A DNA stretch of 64,000 nucleotides from Eledone cirrhosa (lineage: Eukaryota). The stretch lies in NCBI GenBank assembly GCA_964016885.1, contig OZ024740.1:227478001-227542000 (forward strand). Reading direction: 5' to 3'. Position numbers and translations under genes: made by a program. Positions 1-9,805 of the stretch are shown in pieces. The notes under the pieces were generated by a model, which worked only from the letters and a program-made list of their open reading frames with translations, was not told the DNA's origin and made no database searches. Within the stretch, counting starts at the first letter, position 1. Every line of letters starts with the position of its first letter.

Positions 1-3000
1 GCCATTACCCCACCACCACTGTCCTTCTAGCCCTCAATTTTCCCACCGTTATGGATGGATGAGCTGGGAATACACGAGCAACTCTGAATCAATAGATGAA
101 ATATGAATCTGCGAGCTACCAAGCACCCACGTGAAGCGCCAACCCAGAGACCCTCCCCTACGAGTGTCGACAAATGCCCAAAACTCCGAGTTGGTACCAT
201 CAATGTAGGCTCAATGAAAGGAAGAGCAGGAGAAATCGTAGAAATGCTAGAGCGAAAGGAAGTTGATGTATGCTGTGTGCAAGAGACTAGATGGAGAGGA
301 GGGTCTGCTAGAGTCCTTGTAGGAAAAAGCCAGTGCTACAAATTTTTATGGGTGGGAAATGACGATGGGATGGGTGGTGTAGGTATACTATTAGCTGACA
401 AGTGGGTAGATAAAGTAATCTCAGTGTACAGGGTAAATGCAAGAATCATTAAACTCAGACTAGTCCTGAATAAGACAATTACCACAATAATATCAGCTTA
501 CGCACCCCAATCGGGGCTGCCAGACGAACTTAAGGATAGGTTTTACGAGTCCCTAATACACACTACTGCTCTAACAGACGACAAGGACTTCCTAATCATT
601 GCAGGAGATTTTAACGGACACGTAGGTAAACACTGCGACGGCTTCAATAGAGTACATGGAGGCCATGGAGTTGGCACAAGGAATGAGGAAGGATTCAGAC
701 TTCTAGAATTCTGCGACGCCAATGACATGTCGATATGTAACACAAACTTTAAAAAACCCGACAACCACCTGATCACCTATAGATCAGGGGAACACTCTAG
801 TCAGTTAGATTTTATCCTCATCAGAGGACGTGACAGATGGACGGTCGTAAACACAAAAGCCTTCCCCAGTGAGGAATGTACATCCCAACATAGCTTAGTT
901 GTCAGCGACCTCACGGTCAGAACTAGACGAGCCCTGAAACAGAGGCCAACCTGGAGAAGAAAGATCTGGAAGCTGAAAGTCCCCTCAACCAGTAACAGAT
1001 TTAAAGATATTTTACTCAACGCCTACGACAGTAAAGAAGAACAGATAGAGACATTTAACGTAGAAGAGAACTGGGAGTTCCTAAAAAATAACTTACTAGA
1101 GGCGACGGATGAGGTTTGTGGCTGGAGTAAGACCTCAAGCAGGAGGAGAGTGACTTGGTGGTGGAACAATAAGGTAGATGAAGCAGTCAAGGCCAAGAGA
1201 CAGGCATGGAAAGAATGGAAGAACGGGGGGAGCAGGGTACATTACATAGAGACCAAGAGGGAAGCTAGGCGACAAGTATACTTAGCTAGGAGGGAAGCAG
1301 AGGATAGAAAATTCAAGCATGTTTTACAACGTGAGGACCAGAAACAGGAGGTATTCAAGATTGCGAGGCAGTGTGTCAGAGATAGTTGTGATGTCATTGG
1401 AGAGAAGTGTATCCGGAATGATAAAGGTGAGCTTGCCCTCACAAGTGCTGAGAAGAAAGATGCATGGAAGAGTCATTATGATAGATTACTAAATGAGGAG
1501 AATGCATGGGAAGAAGAGACCCTACCCCACGTAGACCCTATAGAGGGACCAGCAGTACAAGTCAGCGGCAGCGTAGTAAGTAAGGCAATCAGAGATATGA
1601 AGATAGGGAAGGCAACCGGTCCATCGGGTATAGCTGCCGAGATGCTGAAGGCATCTGGGTCTGTAGGTCACACTATAACCACACGTATCGTTAACCAGGT
1701 AATACTAGAGGGGGCCATACCAAAAGATTGGTGCAGTAGCATCATTGTCAACTGCTACAAAGGTAAAGGCGATGCACTAGATAGAGGAAACTATAGAGGT
1801 ATAAAGTTGATGGACCAGGTCATGAAAGTAACAGAAAGAGTTATAGCACAGCTGATTAGGGACCGGGTGAATATAGACGAGATGCAATTTGGGTTTGTAC
1901 CAGGGAAAGGCACCACTGATGCGCTCTTCCTTGTGAGGCAATTACAGGAAAAGTACCTAGCTAAAAGTAAGCCACTCTACTTGGCATTTGTCGACCTTGA
2001 GAAAGCCTTTGACAGAGTTCCACGTGCAGTAATCTGGTGGGCTCTTAGAAAACTAGGAGTAGATGAATGGCTTGTGAAAGCGGTACAAGCCATGTATAGG
2101 GGAGCAGTCAGCAAAGTTAGGATTGGCAATGAGTATAGCGAGGAATTTAGCGTACAGGTTGGGGTCCACCAGGGCTCTGTTCTTAGCCCTCTCCTGTTCA
2201 TCATAGTCCTGCAGGCAATAACGGAGGAGTTTAAGACCGGATGCCCATGGGAACTCCTGTATGCTGATGACCTCGCACTCATAGCTGAATCTATGGTAGA
2301 ACTAGAGAATAAATTCCAAACCTGGAAGCAGGGACTAGAGAGAAAGGGCCTCAAAGTCAACATGACAAAGACTAAGGTCCTTATAAGTAGACGAGAAAAC
2401 AGAACCCAGATCCCCTCAGGGAAATGGCCTTGCTCAGTATGTAGGAAAGGTGTAAGTAGGAACTCCATTCTTTGCCCCAAATGCAAACAATGGGTACACA
2501 AGAGATGTAGCGGGATCTCAGGAAGCTTAATTAAGAATGTAGGATTCACATGCAGCAGCTGTGCTGAAACAGCAAGCAAACAGCCACAGGAAACAAGTAC
2601 CACCAATCTCTGGGAGGGCCCTGTAGAAACAGTAGACAGCTTCTGCTACCTAGGTGACCGAATTAGCAACGGAGGTGGGTGCTCAGAAAGTACAATAACT
2701 AGGGTAAGAACGGGATGGAAGAAGTTTAGGGAACTACTACCACTGCTAGCTGCAAAAGGCTTCTCCCTCAGAATGAAAGGCAGACTGTATGATGCGTGTA
2801 TCCGAACAGCGATGTTGCATGGTAGTGAGACCTGGGCGCTGAAGGTGGAAGACTTACGTAGATTAGAGAGAAACGAAGCCTGCATGCTCCGATGGATGTG
2901 TAACAGTAATATACGTGAACGACAAAGCATAAATGAATTGAGAGAGAGACTGAGCATAAGAGGAATCAAATGCTGTGTGCAGGAGAGGCGGTTACGCTGG

Positions 3001-3519
3001 TATGGACATGTGATGCGTATGAAGGATGACAGCTGCATAAAAAGGTGCAGAGCACTAGAAGTTGATGGAAACCGCGGAGTGGGGAGACCCAGGATGACTT
3101 GGGATGAGGTGATAAAAGCCGACCTTACCCAACTACACCTCTCAAAGTCAATGACACACGACCGTGACTTCTGGCGTCACGCAGTAATACAGGGTACCCG
3201 ACCTCCCATGGGTACATGCTGAAGCATATAAACAATATGCCCCCCCCCCCACCGCAAGGTGGTCGTGGAGGTGCCACGGCAAAAAAGCACCCAGCCCACA
3301 CTGTAAAGTGGACGTGTAGGCGCCACGAAAAAGCACCCAGCACTCACTGTAAATGAGGTTGGTGTTAGGAAGGGCATCCAGCTGTAGAAATCAAGCCAGA
3401 TCAGTTCCTGTATGAGCAAGGCATGGTCAGCCGACCAGACACTGCCCACAACAGGACAACCCGTCTAACCCATGCTAGCGTGGAAGAACGGACGTAAAAC
3501 GGTGATGATGATGATGATG
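1..3519 (+). mobile_element. Near full-length RTE LINE (family RTE-1); 5' end probably outside the window, 3' UTR ends in a (GAT)n tail
   Basis: ORF followed by about 300 bp of 3' UTR ending GGACGTAAAACGGT(GAT)n; the same UTR follows the sister copy at 25061-26503. Confidence 0.9.
103..3222 (+). CDS. RTE-clade LINE ORF: APE endonuclease + reverse transcriptase, with a PHD-like Cys/His finger after the RT core; uninterrupted
   Basis: 1039-aa open frame with APE motifs (TINVGS, VQETRW, AYAPQ, GDFNGHVG, SQLDF, SQH), RT motifs (NYRGIKL, FVDLEKAFDRV, GVHQGSVLSP, LYADD) and RTE C-terminal RLRWYGHVMR...GRPRMTW. Confidence 0.95.
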   Translation: MNLRATKHPREAPTQRPSPTSVDKCPKLRVGTINVGSMKGRAGEIVEMLERKEVDVCCVQETRWRGGSARVLVGKSQCYKFLWVGNDDGMGGVGILLADKWVDKVISVYRVNARIIKLRLVLNKTITTIISAYAPQSGLPDELKDRFYESLIHTTALTDDKDFLIIAGDFNGHVGKHCDGFNRVHGGHGVGTRNEEGFRLLEFCDANDMSICNTNFKKPDNHLITYRSGEHSSQLDFILIRGRDRWTVVNTKAFPSEECTSQHSLVVSDLTVRTRRALKQRPTWRRKIWKLKVPSTSNRFKDILLNAYDSKEEQIETFNVEENWEFLKNNLLEATDEVCGWSKTSSRRRVTWWWNNKVDEAVKAKRQAWKEWKNGGSRVHYIETKREARRQVYLARREAEDRKFKHVLQREDQKQEVFKIARQCVRDSCDVIGEKCIRNDKGELALTSAEKKDAWKSHYDRLLNEENAWEEETLPHVDPIEGPAVQVSGSVVSKAIRDMKIGKATGPSGIAAEMLKASGSVGHTITTRIVNQVILEGAIPKDWCSSIIVNCYKGKGDALDRGNYRGIKLMDQVMKVTERVIAQLIRDRVNIDEMQFGFVPGKGTTDALFLVRQLQEKYLAKSKPLYLAFVDLEKAFDRVPRAVIWWALRKLGVDEWLVKAVQAMYRGAVSKVRIGNEYSEEFSVQVGVHQGSVLSPLLFIIVLQAITEEFKTGCPWELLYADDLALIAESMVELENKFQTWKQGLERKGLKVNMTKTKVLISRRENRTQIPSGKWPCSVCRKGVSRNSILCPKCKQWVHKRCSGISGSLIKNVGFTCSSCAETASKQPQETSTTNLWEGPVETVDSFCYLGDRISNGGGCSESTITRVRTGWKKFRELLPLLAAKGFSLRMKGRLYDACIRTAMLHGSETWALKVEDLRRLERNEACMLRWMCNSNIRERQSINELRERLSIRGIKCCVQERRLRWYGHVMRMKDDSCIKRCRALEVDGNRGVGRPRMTWDEVIKADLTQLHLSKSMTHDRDFWRHAVIQGTRPPMGTC

Positions 3520-3868
3520 ACACACATATAAGGCAGACATTGAGACTATGAAAGATCTGAAACTGCTTATATGTATAACTTTTGATTGGTTTTATCATAG
3601 AAACGCATAAAAGTATTCAAAACACTCATAGTTGAAAAAATATATAGCAACTAATGTATGTATATGGGGTAATTAGTACTATAAACAGCCATAAATAAAA
3701 GCTTCTTGCAAATAGCCCCGCTTGGCCATCAGTACTCTTCATTGCAGTTAATAGACAAGCAAGACTGGCTGTATAAAAACTTTAAATATGGGTTTCTAAT
3801 TCTGGTTAGCAGGTACATTTGTGCGTGTGTGTATATATATATATACACACACACATATGTGGATATGT

Positions 3869-3909
<41 letters not shown>

Positions 3910-3933
3910 CCTACATATCCACATATGTCTGTG

Positions 3934-3967
<34 letters not shown>

Positions 3968-4004
3968 CACACACATATGTGAATATGTGTATATATATAT
4001 ATAT

Positions 4005-4285
4005 ATAATTGTTTCTACTTTTTGGCACAAGGCCAGCAATAACCCAGTGTATTACTGGTACTTTATTTTATTGACCCCGTAAGGATGAAAGGCAAAGTTA
4101 ACCTCGGCAGGATTTGAACTCAGAATGGCAAGGGCCGTAACTCTATGCGTCAAAGCATGGCGTCCGACCCTCTACCCTCTCTATATATATAATTGTTTCT
4201 ACTTTAGGCACAAGGCCAGCAATTACCCAGTGCATTACTGGTACTTTATTTTATCGACCCTGTAAGGATGAAAGGCAAAGTCAAC
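4005..4285 (-). mobile_element. Two SINE-A copies (one near complete, one 3' part)
   Basis: Reverse complement of the repeat GGATTGGCAGTATCGGTAGAG...GAGTTCAAATCCC...GCCTTTCATCCTTACGGGGTCGATAAAATAAAGTACC...GTAGAAACAATT found many times in the window. Confidence 0.85.
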
Positions 4286-4689
4286 ACATATATATATACA
4301 TGTATATTTATATATATATATATATACATAACATATATATATATATAAATAAATAAATAAATAAATAAATATATATATATGATGATGATGATGCATATAT
4401 TTACACACACACACAGACAGAGAAACTTGCTTTATACATATAATCATATTGCAATAGTAAACTGCAATATGTTTGCCTGAGTACACATCGCATACTAAAT
4501 AATGTACTTATTTATGTACATAGCTTAATTATAACCATACATAAACATTATTTCATAAAGATGTATAGACGTCTATGTAAATCTATCTACATAGCAACTC
4601 CTCTCTTTCTCTCTCACACACACACACCTTTTCTTTCTGTATATCTTTCTCATTATTGTCTCTGTGTGTGTGTGTATATATATATACAT

Positions 4690-5075
4690 GCGAAACCTAC
4701 AGTCAGTAGGCACCTCTAACAAAAATACACCCCTGTCCCACTACCTCCCCATCCACCCCCACCCCCTTCAATGTGTTGTTATGTTGGTACCACAACATCC
4801 AGTCCGAAACAAATGAGGTCATGTAGGTGTCACGACAAAAAGAAAACACAGTCCACGCTGTAATGTGGCCGTGTAGGTAACATGGTAAAAACCTCCCAGT
4901 CCCACACTGTAAATGTGGTTGGTGTTAGGAAGGGCATCCAGCTGTAGAAAACCCGCCAGACAGTCCTATACGAGCAGGACAAGCAATCTTGCCTCAAGTG
5001 GGAAAACTCCCGTCCAAACCCATGCAAGCGTGGAAGATGGACCTTAAATGATGATGATGAGGATGATGATGATGA
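4690..5075 (+). mobile_element. Short retroposon with RTE-type 3' end and (GAT)n tail (family C)
   Basis: Near-identical to 60850-61370 (+) and 39955-40345 (-); contains GTTAGGAAGGGCATCCAGCTGTAG and the tail CCCATGCAAGCGTGGAA...(GAT)n. Confidence 0.75.
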
Positions 5076-5090
5076 TATATATATATATAT

Positions 5091-5206
5091 ATAGGAAAAA
5101 GTATGACCCCGACGGCAGAGCTCAAGCCGTTTCGACGGCTATTTCTGGACTGAAATAGCCATCGAAACGGCTTGAGCTCTGCCGTCGGGGTCATACTTTT
5201 TCCTAT
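5091..5206. repeat. Palindrome, 55-bp arms with one mismatch, loop TGGACT; contains the 3' half of a hammerhead-like motif
   Basis: 5091-5145 is the reverse complement of 5152-5206; relatives at 30108-30245 and 56765-56954. Confidence 0.9.
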
Positions 5207-5285
5207 TTCCCACTCTACTACCCTAAGTACTGAGTACTCTGGTGCGTTATGGTCCATCTGGTTCCTTACCACAATTCCTTTGTTT

Positions 5286-5318
<33 letters not shown>

Positions 5319-5433
5319 ATATAAAACCAAATATTAATAAGTTTTCTGGAGTTATTAATTTTTATTCAAAATATTAATAAATGAAGACGTTCACATAATC
5401 AAAATATATGTTTTATTATATATATTATATAAT

Positions 5434-5741
5434 GGAGGCACATGGCTTAGTGGTTAGAGCATTGGCCTTGCAATCGAAAGGCTGTGAGTGATGTGTTGTT
5501 TCCTTGAGCAAGACACTTTATTTCACATTGCTCCAGTTTACTCAGCTGTAGAAATGAGATGATAGGGACTGGGATCCCTATCATTCCACTGCAAAGTGGA
5601 CCCAAAAAGCACCCAGCACTCACTGTAAATGAAGTTGGTGTTAGGAAGGGCATCCAGCTGTAGAAATCAAGCCAGAATCAGTTCCCGTCCCACCCTTGCA
5701 AGCAGGGAAAAAGCGGACGTAAAATGAAATGAAATGAAATG
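5434..5741 (+). mobile_element. SINE-B: tRNA-like head, CORE-like block, RTE-type tail
   Basis: A-box TGGCTTAGTGG (B-box region deleted relative to the 39357 copy), TTCCTTGAGCAAGACACTT block, tail CCCACCCTTGCAAGCAGGGAAAAAGCGGACGT(AAATG)n. Confidence 0.85.
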
Positions 5742-5899
5742 ATTTCGGAGGTACTGTGCCGTTTTTTCAGTACGTCCTCATCAGATAAAATACATGAATT
5801 GATGTATGACATACCTCAACTGCCTTGATGGTTCAATTCTGCCAATACTGGAATTGAACCATCAAGACAGTTGAGGTATGTCATACATCAATTCATGTA

Positions 5900-5961
5900 T
5901 TTTATCTGACGAGGACGTACTGAAAAAACAGCACAGTACCTCCGAAATATATATAATAAAA
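5900..5961 (+). ncRNA. Minimal type I hammerhead ribozyme motif
   Basis: Stem I TTTTAT/ATAAAA; CTGACGA (5906-5912); stem II GGACGTACTG...CAGTACCTCC; GAAA (5944-5947); short palindromic stem III ATATATAT; predicted cleavage after A5955. Confidence 0.75.
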
Positions 5962-6088
5962 CATACATTTTGATTATGTGAACGTCTTCATTTATTAATA
6001 TTTTGAATAATATATATATATATATATTAGAAAGTGAGGTCTTTTTACAAAATGAAAAAAACGAGGTGTCCTACACGAGTGAAAGTAT

Positions 6089-6175
6089 AAGGAAAAAAGA
6101 TGAAATCGAAAATGCAACTGGAGTCTTTTTTTAATAAAAGACTCCAGTTGCATTTCGATTTCATCTTTTTTCCTT
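6089..6175. repeat. Palindrome with about 40-bp arms
   Basis: AAGGAAAAAAGATGAAATCGAAAATGCAACTGGAGTCTTTT ... AAAAGACTCCAGTTGCATTTCGATTTCATCTTTTTTCCTT. Confidence 0.85.
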
Positions 6176-6202
6176 TTCCTTATATATATATATGTGTGTG
6201 TA

Positions 6203-6244
<42 letters not shown>

Positions 6245-6247
<3 letters not shown>

Positions 6248-7160
6248 TCATCATCATCATTTTACGTCAGCTTTTCCCTGCTTGCAAGGGTGGGATGGGT
6301 CCTATTCAGCACAGCATCTCTCCACTCGTCACGGTCCTTCGTCATCTCTTCTGTGAGCTTCAGCGATCTGAGGTCAGCTCTCACTACCTCCGCTCATGTT
6401 TGTCGTGGTCTTCCTCTACTGCGTCTTCCTTCTACTGGCATTTCTTGGCACTTCTTTATCCAGCGGTCATCCTCCATGCGCATCACATGTCCATACCATC
6501 GCAGTCTTCTCTCCCGCACACTACAACTTATCTCTCTTAAACACAATTTCTCTCTCAACACATCCATGCTTGGTCGTTCACATACATTGACATTGCACAT
6601 CCAATGGAGTATACTTGCTTCATTTCTCTCCAGCTGTCGCATATCCTCTGCAGTTGCTGCACAAGTGTCACTACCATGCAGCATTGCGCACCTCACACAG
6701 GCATCACATAACCAGCCTTTCGTCAGCAGAGGAAGCAGCTCCCTAAACTTCTTCCAACCTGTCCTTATTCTAGGTACTATGGCCTCGGAACACCCCCCTC
6801 CCATGCAAATCTGATCACCTAGGTACTGGAAGCTATCAACCACTTCTATAGAACCTACCTGCATTTGAAAAATGTGTCTATTTATGCGACTTCTACTGTC
6901 AAATTTCCCTGTACATCTACTGCATACGTATTTTCCCTACCTGTTAGTTTGCCTGCTACCCCACTACATCTCTTGTATACCCAAGATCTGCATTGTGTAC
7001 ATTTTATAGAACTTATGCCAGTTCCTTTTCTGCATATCGAACATGGCCATTTCCCTGTCCTCTTTTCTACTTATTAACACTTTTGTCTTAGCTAGGTTCA
7101 CTCTCAGTCCTCTTAATTCCAACTGCTGTTTCCATAGCTAGAATTTATTCTCTAGCTCCA
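6245..7160 (-). pseudogene. 5'-truncated, disrupted RTE LINE (family RTE-2)
   Basis: Minus-strand translation VVDSFQYLGD...RTGWKKFRELLPLL...RLRWYGHVMR...GRPRQT is homologous to the C-terminus of the 103-3222 ORF; (GAT)n tail near 6245-6260. Confidence 0.9.
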
Positions 7161-7228
7161 CCCATCCCAATCACCATCCTCTCCTACCACCAGAAAAGAT
7201 ATAAATACACCATATTACTTGGACAGTC

Positions 7229-7279
7229 GGCTTCCTGATGATTTCTCCCGAATGAAACAGTTCTAGTCCTGTAGAAGCC
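7229..7279 (+). ncRNA. Type I hammerhead ribozyme motif
   Basis: Stem I GGCTTC/GAAGCC; CTGATGA (7235-7241); stem II tTTC-TCCC-GAAt; GAA; stem III ACAG...CTGT; H17 = A7273. The closing pair of stem II is a T/T mismatch. Confidence 0.7.
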
Positions 7280-7288
7280 TTTCTATAT

Positions 7289-7326
<38 letters not shown>

Positions 7327-7409
7327 GGAGGTGAGTTTTATTGTAGTACAATAAAGCAATGCAGATATCGGATAAGAAGCACTCTACAGTTTGTAGGACT
7401 GGAGTATAC

Positions 7410-7708
7410 ATAATATAAGATCAAAAGATGGTTAAAGGAGTTCCATGTATTTTATTATGCGCATTTCAAAAACAAACATCATCATGCAATAATATTTGTG
7501 TTTTCATCAGATAAAACAGGAGAACATGATATGAAGGCTAAAAAACACTTGTGGATTTAAAACTGGACTATCCACAAGTGTTTTTTAGCCTTCATATCAT
7601 GTTCTCCTGTTTTATCTGATGAAAACACAAATATTATTGCATGATGATGTTTGTTTTTGAAATGCGCATAATAAAATACATGGAACTCCTTTAACCATCT
7701 TTTGATCT

Positions 7709-7716
<8 letters not shown>
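7410..7716. repeat. Apparently perfect palindrome, about 147-bp arms and 13-nt loop
   Basis: 7410-7556 is the reverse complement of 7570-7716; loop TTAAAACTGGACT. Confidence 0.95.
7608..7678 (+). ncRNA. Minimal type I hammerhead motif (mirror copy on the minus strand at about 7448-7518)
   Basis: Stem I TGTTTTAT/ATAAAATA; CTGATGA (7616-7622); long stem II; GAAA (7659-7662); palindromic stem III ATGCGCAT; H17 = A7670. Confidence 0.75.
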
Positions 7717-7742
<26 letters not shown>

Positions 7743-8276
7743 TTTATGGTAGTTAAGATGCGTCCATAGGCGGTATGCCGGTTGAGAACTCAATGCTCCT
7801 ACGGAGAAGAGTATGATAGAACGAAGAATCAGTTATGCATCGGAACTCAATTTATTGCGTGTTACAAATGTTTCTCCGGCGAACAGCTCGAGGTGCGATC
7901 TGTTGGTGGATCGACCTGACTCTGGATTCGCAAGTTCCTCAGATATGTCTGTTGGTTACAAAGCAGGTTCTCTTTCTAAAGTGTTCTGATCTGCCGAGTA
8001 TATATCGTCTGTCTTCACCCTGTCCATTACATATATATATGTCTAACCCATGCTAGTGTGGAAGAATGGACGTAAAACGGTGATGATGATGATGATGATG
8101 ATGATGATATATATATATATGTGTGTATATATATATATATAAAGTAAAATTATTTTTTGCTCTTAACATGATGGATACCTAAGTGTATTCACTCACGAAT
8201 ATATATATATATATACATATCCTCCTCCTCCTCATCATCATCATCATCATCATTATCATCATTTATGTTTGCTTTT

Positions 8277-8334
<58 letters not shown>

Positions 8335-8439
8335 AAGATATATATATATATAAAGATATATATATATGTATGTAAAAGGTAAACAGAAATAACAACACAA
8401 TTGGTACAACGTGTCTGTCTGGCTCAGTCTTTGTATGAC

Positions 8440-9091
8440 TTCTATCTATCTGTCTCCTTCCATCCATTTATCTATCTATCTATCTATCTATCTCTCATCT
8501 ATCTATCTCTCATCTATCTATCTATCTGTCTCCTTCCATCCATTTATCTATCTATCTATCTATCTATCTCTCATCTATCTATCTCTCATCTATCTATCTA
8601 TCTGTCTCCTTCCATCCATTTATCTATCTATCTATCTATCTATCTCTCATCTATCTATCTCTCATCTATCTATCTATCTGTCTCCTTCCATCCATTTATC
8701 TATCTATCTATCTATCTATCTCTCATCTATCTATCTCTCATCTATCTATCTATCTGTCTCCTTCCATCCATTTATCTATCTATCTATCTATCTATCTCTC
8801 ATCTATCTATCTCTCATCTATCTATCTATCTGTCTCCTTCCATCCATTTATCTATCTATCTATCTATCTATCTATATATCTCTCATCTATCTATCTCTCA
8901 TCTATCTATCTATCTGTCTCCTTCCATCCATTTATCTATCTATCTATCTATCTATCTATATATCTCTCATCTATCTATCTCTCATCTATCTATCTATCTG
9001 TCTCCTTCCATCCATTTATCTATCTATCTATCTATATATCTCTCATCTATCTATCTCTCATCTATCTATCTATCTGTCTCCTTCCATCCAT

Positions 9092-9125
<34 letters not shown>

Positions 9126-9175
9126 CTCATCTATCTATCTCTCATCTATCTATCTATCTGTCTCCTTCCATCCAT

Positions 9176-9211
<36 letters not shown>

Positions 9212-9267
9212 ATATCTCTCATCTATCTATCTCTCATCTATCTATCTATCTGTCTCCTTCCATCCAT

Positions 9268-9301
<34 letters not shown>

Positions 9302-9351
9302 CTCATCTATCTATCTCTCATCTATCTATCTATCTGTCTCCTTCCATCCAT

Positions 9352-9408
<57 letters not shown>

Positions 9409-9430
9409 CATCCATCTATCTATCTATCCA
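8440..9430 (+). repeat. Compound (TATC)n minisatellite with about 66-80 bp units
   Basis: Recurrent unit TGTCTCCTTCCATCCATT(TATC)nTCTCATCTATCTATCTCTCATCTATC, about 13 copies. Confidence 0.95.
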
Positions 9431-9439
9431 TCGTCTATT

Positions 9440-9725
9440 AATCTATAAAAATGGCCCAAGTGATTGGGCCTTCTCTGTATATAAACCTGTAGGTTAAAAA
9501 GGAGAGCAAAAGGAAGAGAGGAGCACTTGCACAACATGCTCCTGGATTTGAGGGTTGTTCTATCTACGGGGTATAAAACAACCCATTTGTAACGCCTCCC
9601 CCCTATTGGGGATTTTGATTGTTGAATTTGTTTATTAAAACTTTTTTTACACGATTGTATGTAAGATCCCCGGCATATGTCCTTGTATTGTCCCCTTTTC
9701 TTGTGCGCCCTTGTGGCAAATAAAG
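9440..9725 (+). mobile_element. 3' end of a Tx1-like LINE in a (TATC)n tract
   Basis: Similar to 57285-57650 and to the 3' UTR of 35520-36440; ends CCCTTGTGGCAAATAAAGA. Confidence 0.6.
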
Positions 9726-9805
9726 ATATATATCTATCTGTCATCTATCTATCCGTCTATCCATCTATCCATCTATCATATAACTACCTATCTATCTATC
9801 TATCT

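Larger units (their letters stand above)
5362..6010. repeat. Long palindrome (about 160-bp arms) whose left arm is split by a SINE-B insertion
   Basis: 5362-5426 plus 5742-5839 match the reverse complement of 5851-6010; loop 5840-5850. Confidence 0.9.

Noticed and set aside
1977-2606. 209-aa antisense ORF in the RTE element
   Set aside because: Shadow frame of the RT coding strand with no independent motifs.
8401-9448. Two ORFs of about 345 aa
   Set aside because: Translations of the (TATC)n minisatellite; low complexity with no domain.
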